Shown one piece after another: positions 39,175 to 50,685 of a DNA stretch of 64,000 nt. Origin of the DNA: Octopus sinensis. Taxonomy: Eukaryota. A model generated the notes under the pieces. The model ran no database searches and had not been told where the DNA came from. It worked only from the letters and a program-made list of their open reading frames with translations. Position 1 is the first letter of the stretch, and each line of letters begins with the position of its first letter. Both the position numbers and the translations under genes were made by a program. The stretch spans positions 46,872,001 to 46,936,000 of the forward strand of contig NC_043014.1 of the NCBI RefSeq assembly GCF_006345805.1, read 5' to 3'.

Positions 39175-39600
39175 TAAGACGCGGCGAGTTGGCAGAATCT
39201 TTAGCACGCCAGGCGAAATGCTTAATGGTATTTCATCTGCCGCTACATTCTGAGTTCGAATTCAGCCAAGGTCAACTTTACCTTTCATCCTTTCAGGGTC
39301 AATTAAATAAGTACCAGTTACACACTGGGGTCGATATATTCGACTTAATCCATTTGTCTGTCCTTGTTTGTCCCCTCTGTGTTTAACCCCTTGTGGGAAG
39401 TAAAGAAATAGGTATTTCGTCTGCCGCTACTTAATGAGTTCAAATTCCACCATGGTCGACTTTACCTTTCATCCTTTCGGGGTCGATTAAATAAGTACCA
39501 GCTACGCACTGGGGTCGATAAAATCGACTTAATCCGTTTGTCTGTCTTTGCTTGTCCTCTCTATGTGAAGCCCCTTGTGGGCAGTATAGAAATAAGAAGA
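39175..39600 (+). mobile_element. SINE family B dimer
   Basis: Head plus two bodies joined at aagaaatag|gtatttcgtctgccg. Confidence 0.85.
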
Positions 39601-39990
39601 GAAGAAAAATTGTTGAAAGGAACGAGGCCAGACATAGCAACATGTAATGCTGCCAAAATAGTTGCAGTACCAACATTTATGTATGCCATGAAATTGTATA
39701 TGCCACAGATGTGAAGCTTTTCTAGATTAATTATAAAATTTAGCCATTGGGCAATTTATGGAGTGCTGGTATTTCTAATAATTGTTATTAGAAATTTGAG
39801 CTTGAAGAGCTATGATATTTACAAGGAAAGAAATTGCTACTGCAGGCACCGTATTTACCACAGAAGATAGAGAACATGATACATAGGACGCAATCGGCTA
39901 ATTGTATCAATTGATCATCATTACTGCATTTGTTTGCGGATGCTAAAGTAACTTGGTAGTTAGAGGGCAGATGAGTTAAAAACTGATTAA

Positions 39991-40802
39991 CTCTTTAATA
40001 TTCAGATGACTCTGTCAAATGTAATGCTAATTTATTTACATTGCCTTTGGTGATATACTGTGCTTGAGAAGACCTGACAAGCCAAGTGAGACCATAGCCG
40101 TGGCCTATGCCAGTGGGTGTAACCAGCCCACTTATGAATACCTTTCATTCATTGGGCAATAAACTTCGCTTGTGAAGACCTATTGAGGCAAGTAAAATCA
40201 AAATCAAAATCGCTGATGTGGCCGATGAGAGTACCACCTGATTGGCACTCGTGCCAGTGGAACATTAAAAGCACATTTGAGCATGGTCATTGCCAGGACC
40301 AGGGATAAAAAGCACTGTTCGAGTGTGATCTTTGCCAGCGTCACCTTACCGACACATGTGCCGGTGGCACGTGAAAGACAGCATTTGAGCATGGTCATTG
40401 CTAGTGCCGCTGGACTGTAAAAATACCTTTTGAGCATGGTCATTACCAGAACCGCCTGACTGACTCTCATGCCGGTGGTACGTAAAAGCACCCACTACAC
40501 CCTTGGAGTGGTTGGCATTAGGAAGGGCATCCAGCTGTAGAAACTTTGCCAGATCAGATTGAGCCTGATGCAGCCTTCTGGCTCACCAGTCCTCAGTCAA
40601 ACCGTCCAACCCATACCAGCATGGAAAGCAGACGTTAAACGACGATGATGCATTACCTTGTAGATTTGAGAGTTTGAAGATGTGATTGTTTTATATTTTA
40701 AATGGCATTGTAAGGTGTGTGTGAGAGGTTGGATCTGGCCAGTTTGAACATAAAACCAGTAGGATATTTGGGCCTGATATGGCTAATCTAAATGCTAATG
40801 GG
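39991..40802. mobile_element. piggyBac-type MITE interrupted by an RTE-tail repeat
   Basis: TTAA-ctctttaatattcagatgactctgtcaaat ... aatgctaatggg-TTAA. Confidence 0.65.
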
Positions 40803-41499
40803 TTAAATGTCTTCTTCTAAAGCAATTCTCTGCAGCTGGTATTCTGCAGCACACTGGTGTGCCCCAAGAACGATGCTAGGTGTCCCACAGTGTAACCTGA
40901 ATGTAATATTTTTCCCCTATACTTTTAATTATATTTTTAGTTCAGGTGTGCCACCCAATTTTGAAAGGGTGTTAGAGTACCGCAAGTGAAAAAATAGTTG
41001 CAGAGCATTATTCTAAAGAATTGTCACACAAGAGATACTTCATCTGTCGCAGCATTCAGGGGCAGACCCAAAGGTAGGGGGGGGGGGGCTGAGGGGCACT
41101 GCCCCCCCCACACACACACACAGAACAGATGTACGCCCTTCTAAATAATGTTGTTATGCCCTTTTCTCATGGAATTGTATTCCCTTCTGACCTTGTGCCC
41201 TTCCTTCAAAAAATTTCTGGGACCCACCTGACAGCTGTAAAAGCTTCTTGTCTCAGTTTTAACTGTCTTTCGTATATTTCTTCTTCTTTTGTTCATTCTT
41301 TCTTCTTTTGGCATCTTTTTATGACAAATTCAATGTGAGACAGGAGACTGAAGATTTTATAGAATGGCTTTCTGACTACACCACCTCCTCCCAGTGTTAG
41401 CTGATCTATGTACATTGGTTCTTCAAATATGCAGTGGGATCAGTAAAATTAATCATAATTTGATAAAATAACTAGGGTTAGATTTAGGGACCATTACAA

Positions 41500-41785
41500 A
41501 ATTAGGATCTTTTCCTTTTGAACGGCACTTTGTAACATAATTTGTAGGTAACTAAAAAGTTTTAAACTTCGTATACTGGTAGAATGTGTTTATAAAACAT
41601 CCTTTTCTCTTGGTTTTACTGAGAAAATTCTATAGTTTGTAAGATATTTCGTCTGAAATTTCGAGCATTTCGGCAATTTTAGAGAAAAAATGTTTTATTT
41701 TGACACATTCTACCAGTATACGAAGTTTTAAAGTGTTTAGTTAACTAGAAATTGTCTGCCGTTCAAAAGGAAAAGATCCCAAAAT
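41500..41785. mobile_element. MITE with long imperfect TIRs; partial second copy at about 42695-42835
   Basis: ggatctttttccttttgaacggca mirrors tgccgttcaaaaggaaaagatcc. Confidence 0.75.
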
Positions 41786-42145
41786 TACAGGCCCCACAGG
41801 AGCTGAACCTGGTTCACTATAAGTAGCTGACATTGTTATTTATCCCAAAGTCAGCACTGATGAAATAGATTGATGATTAAAGGCACTCCAACCATAACCC
41901 TTGCGTTATACTTTTAATATGTAGGACTATATGTGTTTATTTTTTCTCAGGATAACCGTTTAGGATTACGGGAGATGTAGCTACTATTTCTAGCAGAAAA
42001 AGTGACCATATGGAAGCTATCTCGTTGACTAGTCTTGTTATTTAGCCACAAGGAAATCTTGATTGAACAAACTAATGATCAAAAACATTCTATTTGTGAC
42101 CATTTTCCAGTTAACATGCAGTTTACAGTCGTAAACAAGAGAAGG

Positions 42146-42504
42146 GGAATTGTCCTAAAAAAATTATAACGGAAGCAACGACGGACAATTTACTTTCGCT
42201 ACTAGTCCCATATTGTTCGCTAAGTTTCTTCTTGGGGACAGCCATCTAATATGTGTAGATATTGTCATCGTTTGGGTCAACAAAACTGAGGAAATGGTCC
42301 CACAACAGCATGAGTACAGAGGTTTTCAAGACCCACATACGAAGCCCACCTATCGGATATCAAACGTGTTCCTGGAAAATATTCGATGATTTATAACGGA
42401 ACCAAAGTGTTTCGTGCATGCGATCGGGGACTGAGTTCTTTATACCCTTTTATCAAATGTTGATATATCACTGACAGCACTTCCTGAGGGTTTTTTTAGG
42501 ACAA
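42146..42504 (-). mobile_element. Merlin (ISXO2/IS1595-like DDE) transposon relic
   Basis: Minus translation with frameshifts VPDR..RNTLVPL*IIEYFPGTRLISDRWASYVGLENLCTHAVV..DH..SFVDP, inside inverted ends ttgtcctaaaaaaa / tttttttaggacaa. Confidence 0.7.
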
Positions 42505-42690
42505 CTAGCAGTATAACCCGGCGTTGCTCGGGTTTGTTTCGACCCTTTAGAATTGGAATTTTTGAAAAGTAAAAAATTTTGCATTATGTAGCTTGTTATT
42601 CTCTTTAAGTGAACATTTTTCTGGTTGAAATACACCGAGAAATGGCGACACAGCAGTAAAAAAAATCGTAAAAAATAGGGATTTTCATGT
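42505..42690 (-). mobile_element. Helitron 3' end, same family as 44670-44966
   Basis: ctagcagtataacccggcgttgctcgggttt is the reverse complement of the hairpin plus CTAG terminus; 5' end not located. Confidence 0.75.
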
Positions 42691-44082
42691 TAACCGTTTT
42701 TCCGGATCTTTTCGGTTTGAACAGTAGTTTGTAACATAATTTCTAGGTAACTAAAAAAATTTAAACTTCCTATACTGGTACAATGTGTTTATAAAACATC
42801 ATTTTCTCTTGGCTTTATTGAGAAAATTCTATAAGCAAGGAATCTTATATGCAAGGAACACGAGGCCACATTATCTAATGTGTCCCTTTCAAAGACGTTG
42901 AGGAGATATCTGAAGCAGATTTGGCTGCTATTTCTTGCATAGCGAGTGGATACTGAGAAGGTCCCCTTATTGCTACATGCAAGCGTGCATCTTTGAGTAC
43001 GTGCATGAGTATATGCGCGCATGTAAAGTGTGTATGCGCGTATGTAAAGTGTGTGTGTGCGCGTGCGTGCGTGCGAGCGCGTGCGCGCGTGCGAGCGCGT
43101 GCGCGCGTGCGCGTGCGTGCATGTACGACTATTATGTAACAGAACCTTGCGTTGGGGTTCTCTCCAAATCACAAAGCGCAGGGGGGGGGGAATCCACTCC
43201 ACGCATGCGCTCCAGTGGAACTTAGTGTCGTCTGCTCCACAGTTAAGTAAAATGCCGGAGCGTAATTCATATTTCCAGAAGATTTACTGTTATTCAGCAA
43301 TTAAATGGCAACAAAGAATAATAGAAAAATGGGAGAATAGAATTGTTGAAGTGGTAAACGAGAAATATAATGATTTCTGAAATACTGAATGTCGTTGTAT
43401 GTAAGTAAATTTTCCATATTAAAATGTCGAAGACGATCTCAGAAGGAAGGTTTAGAAAATGGACGTTACATGAAGAACTTTTTTTCCAGATATCAATAAG
43501 ATTGGGAATGGCCATTTAATGAATATTAAAACATACTGGAATGAAAACAACCATAAATTATTGATGAAGATGCAACGATATTTCTTGGAAACTCGACCCA
43601 GAAAAATGTCGGTTATCTTATTCGGATTAAAATGCACAAGTGTGTGTCCTCTTCTCCTCTCCCTTGGTTGACTTCATTTCCTCATAACTTTCAGAAAGAT
43701 TAGTTTTCCAATAGAATTTTCTACATATACTTTTCAGATGGTGTAGATTCCGATCATATCGGAATTTAATGAGAAAAAAAAATGATATTCGCGCATACAT
43801 ACTGACAGACATCACATAATTTTTCAAAAAATTTCAAGATTCATTTTGTGTACCAGTAAGTATGTGTGCGCCTAAAATCGTTCCCTGAACCCCATTAAAT
43901 TCCGATATACCATATTTTAAAGTGTATAAGGAGCCCTTGAGGAGCTTAAAATTTGGATAAAAAGGTATGTTATTACATCCTTCTCTCTTGTAAGGGATTA
44001 TAATATTATCCATGTATGGGAAACTCCCATATCTTTTTAACCTAATTTTTGACAAAAAAGGGTTCCTTTTACCCGTTAAAAT

Positions 44083-44508
44083 ACGTATTTCTTTATTGCC
44101 CACAAGGGGCTGAACACAGAGGGGACAAACAAGGACAGACATACGTATTAAGTCGATTACATCGACCCCAGTGCGTAACTGGTACTTAATTTATCGACCC
44201 CGAAAGGATGAAAAGCAAAGTCGACCTCGGCGGAATTTGAACTCACAACGTTGTGACAGACGAAACACCTATTTCTATTTCTTTATTACCCACAAGGGGC
44301 TAAACACAGAGGGGACAAACAAGGACAGACATAGGTATTAAGTCGATTACATCGACCCCAGTGTGTAACTGGTACCTAATTTATCGACCCCGAAAGGATG
44401 AAAGGCATAGTCGACCTCGGCGGAATTTGAACTCAGAACGTAACGGCAGACGAAATACCGCAAAGCATTTCGCCCGGCGTGCCAACGTTTCTGCCAGCTC
44501 GCCGCCTT
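44083..44508 (-). mobile_element. SINE family B dimer
   Basis: Head plus two bodies with the same junction type. Confidence 0.85.
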
Positions 44509-44669
44509 AAAATACGGTAATCGTAATCTACACCATCTGAAGGGTATTTGTAGAGAATATTTTTCTGAAAGCTATGAGGAAACAAAATTGACAAGGGCGC
44601 ATTTGTGTAGATATGCTTATAACTCCATTTTTTCTTACTCCAGGAATTTACTCAAAGAACAACCATAAA

Positions 44670-44966
44670 TCTTTATATATAAAAGTGAAGTTGTGTGTCT
44701 GTCTCCTACGATTTAGATTCCTAACTACTCCCACATTTTGCGGTGCAGTGTAACCAAAACCGGGTATCTTATAGTCGTGATTCATATCGAGCCCTTCTGG
44801 GTATTAGTGCGCATCTACGATGAATCTACGATTTTAAAAAAAATTTACAATCATTTTTTTTCCATTTTTAATGCATTTTTTTTGCTATTTTTTGGCTATA
44901 ACTCTCTAAAAATGCTTTATAGTTATTTCCCTTACAAACCCGAGCAACGCCGGGCGATACTGCTAG
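44670..44966 (+). mobile_element. Non-autonomous Helitron
   Basis: 5' TCTTTATATATAAAA, subterminal hairpin cccgagcaacgccggg, 3' CTAG; inserted between A (44669) and T (44967) with no TSD. Confidence 0.85.
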
Positions 44967-44996
44967 TAATAACTATATTCAGAATTCCTATTTTAT

Positions 44997-46680
44997 TTCA
45001 ACCCAGAAGACATAGCAAGAGCCATAGACAAGCTCTCCATGCACTCGGCTACGGGGCCTGACGGTTTCAATGCCATGATACTTAAAAACTGCAAGGTACC
45101 ATTGTCGAAACCCCTTTACATGATATGGAGGGAATCTATGGAGAATGGCAAAATACCAAATACATATAAAGAAGCACACATAACTCCAATACATAAAGGG
45201 GACAGCAAATCAAAACCAAAGAACTACCGACCAATCTCACTGACATCACACATTATCAAGGTCTTCGAAAGAATAGTTCGTGGAAAACTGGTTGAGTTCC
45301 TGGAATCCAACAATCTGATGAATTGCAACCAGCATGGATTCAGGTTAGGTAGATCATGCCTTTCCCAACTACTGGCACACCATGACCAAATCCTAGAAAA
45401 TCTAGAGAATGGATACAACACAGATGTTATCTACCTCGACTTTGCCAAGGCATTTGACAAGGTAGATCATGGCATCCTGGGTCACAAACTTCGAAAGCTA
45501 GGAGTAGGAGGAAAAGTTGGTACATGGATACATGAGTTCCTTACAAATAGAACTCAAACAGTCACTGTGAATGGAACCCATTCAACACCATCACCTGTGA
45601 CCAGCAGTATTCCTCAGGGTACAGTACTTGGCCCAATCCTGTTTCTCATCCTCATCTCTGACATAGATGAAGATACAACCAGCAACGTCTCATCCTTTGC
45701 TGATGACACCAGGGTCATGAGACAAATCAAAGACGAGGTGGATACAGAGGCCTTACAAAAGGACCTGACCACCATATATAAATGGCAGGAAACAAACAAC
45801 ATGTTGTTCAATGATAAGAAGTTTGAACTAATTCGCTACGGAACAGATCAAGATCTGAAAAATACAACAAACTACAGAAACCCATCAGGACAACAAATAA
45901 TGGAAAAACAGTATGTGAAAGATTTAGGCATCCACATGGGAACCAACCTAAAATTCAGAGAACACCTTGACTCAGTCTGTCTTACTGCAAGAAAGTACAG
46001 CGGGTGGATCTTGCGCACCTTCAAATCAAGAGATACCTCAACAATGAAAACCCTCTGGAACAGTATGATACTTCCGAGGATTGACTACTGTTCTCAGTTG
46101 TGGTCACCAACAACAAAGGGCCAACTATCTAAGATAGAATCGCTCCAAAGAAATTTTACCTCATACTTCTCAGAAACGAGGGACCTGGACTATTGGCAAA
46201 GACTCAAAACCTGAGGATGTACTCAATAGAAAGAAGATTTGAGCGATACCAAATTATATACATTTGGAAAATGATAGAGCAGAAGGTGCCAAACTTTGGT
46301 ATCAAAACCTACCACTCACTGCGCCACGGAAGACGCTGCCAGCTGCCACCAATCAACAAAAAGGCTGGCCAGGCAGCAAAAACCCTGCGAGAATCAAGTC
46401 TGTTGGTTCGAGGAACACAACTGTTCAACTCCATTCCGGTACATGTCAGAAATCTATCAGGATGCAGTGTGGAATCATTCAAATTGCAACTGGATAGATA
46501 CTTAAGCACCATTAGAGATGAACCCCATCTCCCAGGATATACACAACGAGCACAAACTGACTCAAACTCGCTCCTACACATGTCAAAATTAAGCAGAGAA
46601 TACAACCTGGCAACCACACCAGACTCTGAGGGTGGAGTCTTCGACTTGGCCTGAGCATGGACTCAAACCCAAATGAAATG
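44997..46680 (+). mobile_element. 5'-truncated CR1/L2-group LINE with near-intact reverse transcriptase
   Basis: ORF 45039-46214 contains GPDG, YRPISLTS, QHGF, YLDFAKAFDKV, PQGTVLGP and FADD. The C-terminus continues in ORF 46193-46654 after one frameshift near 46210. Short tail ending aaatgaaatg. Confidence 0.95.
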
Positions 46681-48065
46681 CATACCTACAGAAGTCGACT
46701 TTGTTTCCTCATAACTTCCAGAAAGATGGATATTTTTTTATGAAATTTTCTATAAATATGCTTCTGACGGTGTAGATTCCGATTATGTCAGAATTTGTGG
46801 TAAAAAATTTTCCGACCGTTGAGTGAGGAGTTTCGGAAAATTCACATGAGTAGGCTTTGTTTCCTCATATCTTTCAGAAAAATAGGTGTTTTTTTAATGA
46901 AATTTTCTATAAATACCTTTCGGGGAGAGTATATTGTGATTATATTGTAATTTAATATGAAAAAGAAAATTGATGGACTCATACATATTGATACGTCCCA
47001 ATTTTTGATTTTTTTTTTTTCCGAAATTTGAAGCTTCATTTTTTTTTTTTTTTTTCATGTTAAATTCTGATTAAATCGTAATCTATACACTCTGAAAGAT
47101 ATTTGCAGATGATTTCATTAAAATATTACTCATTTTTCTAAAAGTTACGCGGAAACAACCAACACGTGTGAATTTTCCGAAACTCCCTCACCCCACCCTT
47201 GGAGAACATTCTTTTTTTTTTCACCATAATTCCAATATAATCGAAATCTACACCATCTGAAGCGTATTTGTAGAAAATTTTAATAAAATATATCCATTTT
47301 ACTGGAAGTTATGAGGAAACAAAGTTGGTGGGGTACACTTGTGTAGTTATGCCATTTTTTTCTGTATCCATGTCCCATGATGTTCATACTCATTGTTTAG
47401 TTTGTTCCGGGGTTTTTTCCTTTTTTTTTTTTGCTCTTCTGACATCTTGTCTTTATTTCAATTTAATACTCTGTGTCCATCATTTTATTACTTCCATCTA
47501 AATGTGTTCAATGTTTTTGCATTTTAAGCTTGTTGTTCTTTGAACTTAATGTTTAAATCAATGTCAGAGCAACTTGTCTTTCTACCAACGTTACTAAATG
47601 GAAGTCATAAGAATAAACAGCATGACTCCTTTCTTATTTTAGTCCTAATTCCATTCACGACACAGATCCATTTATAGAAATAGAGAACAATTTCAGCGTT
47701 GTCATCAACTGTTATTATTTAGACCAGCCAATTTCTTTATTAACCATGAGGTTGAGAAAAAGAGGGGACGATATGAGGACACACAAAAACATTGGGGTCA
47801 GGGGATCGAATGAGACGAATCGTATGTATAAACAATTAAAATATATACACTTAAATGAGAATGAGTGATTTACAAAAAATGAAGGGGGGGGGACACGGTC
47901 GACCCCACAAACCACATACTGACACTGAAGACTTTGCTTTGTCCTTTTTTTGTTCTCGTTTAGACAAGTTCTTTCACTCGCAACATATTTGCTACAGACT
48001 TCCATCTTTTACGAAACACACTTTGCGACAGACATTTCTTCTCCAGCCTTGATCCAATGGGTCCA

Positions 48066-48251
48066 AAGTTTGGGGCTAAATCAGTTTCCCCTTTGTTTAT
48101 TCCAAGCAGTGTCCCTGAAACATTTTCTATTGTAGATTTAACACAAGTGGAATGAACTATATATTTTCTCTACACTTCATATTCTACTTATCAAACAAGT
48201 AAATCTAATTTAACAATAACAAAATACTTGTTGATCATCTGACTAAATTAA
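48066..48251 (+). repeat. Direct repeat copy 1 (copy 2 at 49607-49791)
   Basis: ~185 bp identical except one T indel; the two copies flank the 48628-48798 exon. Confidence 0.95.
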
Positions 48252-48627
48252 TATATCTTTCTCTCATATGTGTGAGTGAGTGCGTGTGTGTGTATGTGTG
48301 AGATAGAGTGTGTGTACATGTGTATGTATGCGTGTTTATATAATCATGTGTGTATGCTTCAGTGTCTGCTTTAGCATGGTTTCTACAACTGGATGCCCTT
48401 CCTAATATGTGTGTGGGTGTGTGTGTGTGTGTGTGTGTGTTTTGGTATAATTTACATCCAATGTTCTCAAACTAGCATAGATATTATATGTTTGGGCATT
48501 TTCAAGTTATTAATCTGTTTCTTAAGTTAACATGGGCTCTTCTAAAAAATAGTCTATATGAAGCATTATTGTAACATAATTTGCTATGCTCTTTCTCTCA
48601 ATGTACTTCTGTTTTGTTTTATTTCAG

Positions 48628-48798
48628 GTATTCACATCAGTTTTCGTGTTAGAGGCTCTTCTGAAGATTGTTGCATTTAACAAACAGTATTTCAAAAGTG
48701 GTTGGAATGTATTTGATTTGGTTGTTGTTGTTGCGAGCTTAATTGATTTAGGAGTGGAGGGGCTTAAAGGTGTATCTGTATTCCGGTCTTTTCGACTG
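48628..48798 (+). CDS. Nav2: Nav2-type channel exon, DII S2-S3-start of S4
   Basis: atttcag/gtaagt boundaries, 171 bp, phase 0-0. VFTSVFVLEALLKIVAFNKQYFKSGWNVFDLVVVVASLIDLGVEGLKGVSVFRSFRL contains the GWNxFD and RSFRL motifs. Confidence 0.97.
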
Positions 48799-49090
48799 GT
48801 AAGTGTTATTTATTTTCTTCAAAATAAATCCCCAAAACATCTTAATGTTTAACCCTATATAAGATGACTGGTCTAGTACCTTCAGGATATCTTGACTTAT
48901 CTTTGCCTATTGAGATTCAGATTTTTTTTACAGAATTTGTTATTCTTTTTAATCACGCAATTCCTCAGTGATGAAACATTATTGGGCTTTGTTGCCAAAT
49001 AACATAATCGTGAACCATTTGACAAACTATTGATATTTTATTCATTACATTAGTTTCAATGCTGATCCTTATTCTCTTCAGTTTAGCATA

Positions 49091-49482
49091 TTGGACTTGG
49101 ACTTGGAAGCACTCTGTCGGTTACGACGACGAGGTTTCCGGTTGATCCGATCAACGGAGCAGCCTGCTCGTGAAATTAACGTGTAAGTGGCTGAGCACTC
49201 CACAGACACGTGTACCCTTAACGCAGTTCTCGGGGATAGTCAGCGTGACACAGAGAGTGACAAGTGTACCTTTGAAATACAGGTACAACAGAAACAGGAA
49301 GTAAGAGTGAGAGAAAGTTGTGGTGAAAGAGTACAGCAGGGATCACCACCATCCCTGCTGGAGCCACGTGGAGCTTTAGGTGTTTTCGCTCAATAAACAC
49401 TCACAACGCCCGGTCTGGGAATCAAAACCGCGATCCTACGACCGCGAGTCCGCTGCCCTAACCACTGGGCCATTGCGCCTCC
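49091..49482 (-). mobile_element. tRNA-derived SINE family C
   Basis: Head ggaggcgcaatggcccagtggttagggcagcggactcgcgg...ggttttgattccc, tail (tccaag)n; second partial copy at 2441-2670 on plus. Confidence 0.82.
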
Positions 49483-50491
49483 CAATTTTAGCATATTATT
49501 ATCTTTATGAATAGTTACAACCTCTTGAACTGTACAATACCTCCTGTATGATAGTAAATGGTTCATAAACAGTTTCATATGTAGATCACAGTCTCAAGCT
49601 TGTGGCAAGTTTGGGGCTAAATCAGTTCCCCTTTGTTTATTCCAAGCAGTGTCCCTGAAACATTTTCTATTGTAGATTTAACACAAGTGGAATGAACTAT
49701 ATATTTTCTCTACACTTCATATTCTACTTATCAAACAAGTAAATCTAATTTAACAATAACAAAATACTTGTTGATCATCTGACTAAATTAAGATGAGTAT
49801 CAATCAATCAACTATATATTCTCGTTCTTACTAAGTCTAACAAAAATGAATTTTATAAAATTCTGTGATTAATATATTAATCATTGGTGCAAGTTCATTT
49901 GTAAATAATATCATGTGAATAATTAGTAGAACAGCATCTGTATAATGTTTTAGAATCAAGTGATTGGACAAATTAAGATCTTTGCTGCAAATTAATGAGT
50001 CTCCCTCCTGGGCAATATTGCCATAATTTACAACTTGACTATCTCATTAGCACAAGATATAAAAACTTAAATCCTCCATCATTGTGACCTTAACATTCAA
50101 TAGAATGTTATCGCATTGGTTCTTTCTTTAACTAATAAAAGACAGATCAGTCATTTGTTTAATACAAGAATGACTATCATTCTACATCATTGTTGAGAAA
50201 GTTTTGTTCAATGAAAAGTATTCAGAAAGGGGTAAATAGGATGTCCATAGAGACAAACACAAGACTTAAACCATATTACATGAAATATGAAAGGATAGGC
50301 ATTTTTTTTATAAAACCAATCTAATGATCCAAATCTATAGTTCACTTATGAACTACATAATCTAAATGCATTTCAGTATTATAACAGTGTTAATTAACGC
50401 CATTCCATTTCAATATCATGCAAATGAACTGTTAATAGAAGCAATAATTTCTTTGCAATTATTTTGAATTGCTTTCTTTGATATATTTCAG

Positions 50492-50685
50492 CTACGCGTT
50501 TTCCGTTTAGCCCAGTCATGGACAACAATGAGGTTGCTGCTGTGTATAATTCTTAATACACTCGGCTCGTTGGGATATTTGACCATAATACTTATTATTA
50601 TCATCTATATCTTTGCGGTTACGGGATTACAATTATTTCATACTGACTACACACCTGACAAATTCAAAGGAGAACCTGTTCCCAG
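50492..50685 (+). CDS. Nav2: Nav2-type channel exon, DII S4, S4-S5 linker and S5
   Basis: atttcag/gtaaat boundaries, 194 bp (absent from the ORF track). LRVFRLAQSWTTMRLLLCIILNTLGSLGYLTIILIIIIYIFAVTGLQLFHTDYTPDKFKGEPVPR; LAQSWTTM is Nav2-like (Nav1 has LAKSWPTL). Confidence 0.96.

Noticed and set aside
47880-48060. Cys-containing minus-strand remnant resembling a piggyBac C-terminal domain
   Set aside because: Similarity is spread over several frames and too weak to support by eye.
49400-49482. tRNA gene at SINE heads (also 2441-2520 and about 26980-27052)
   Set aside because: A and B boxes are present but no complete cloverleaf was evident, and each continues into a repeated SINE body.
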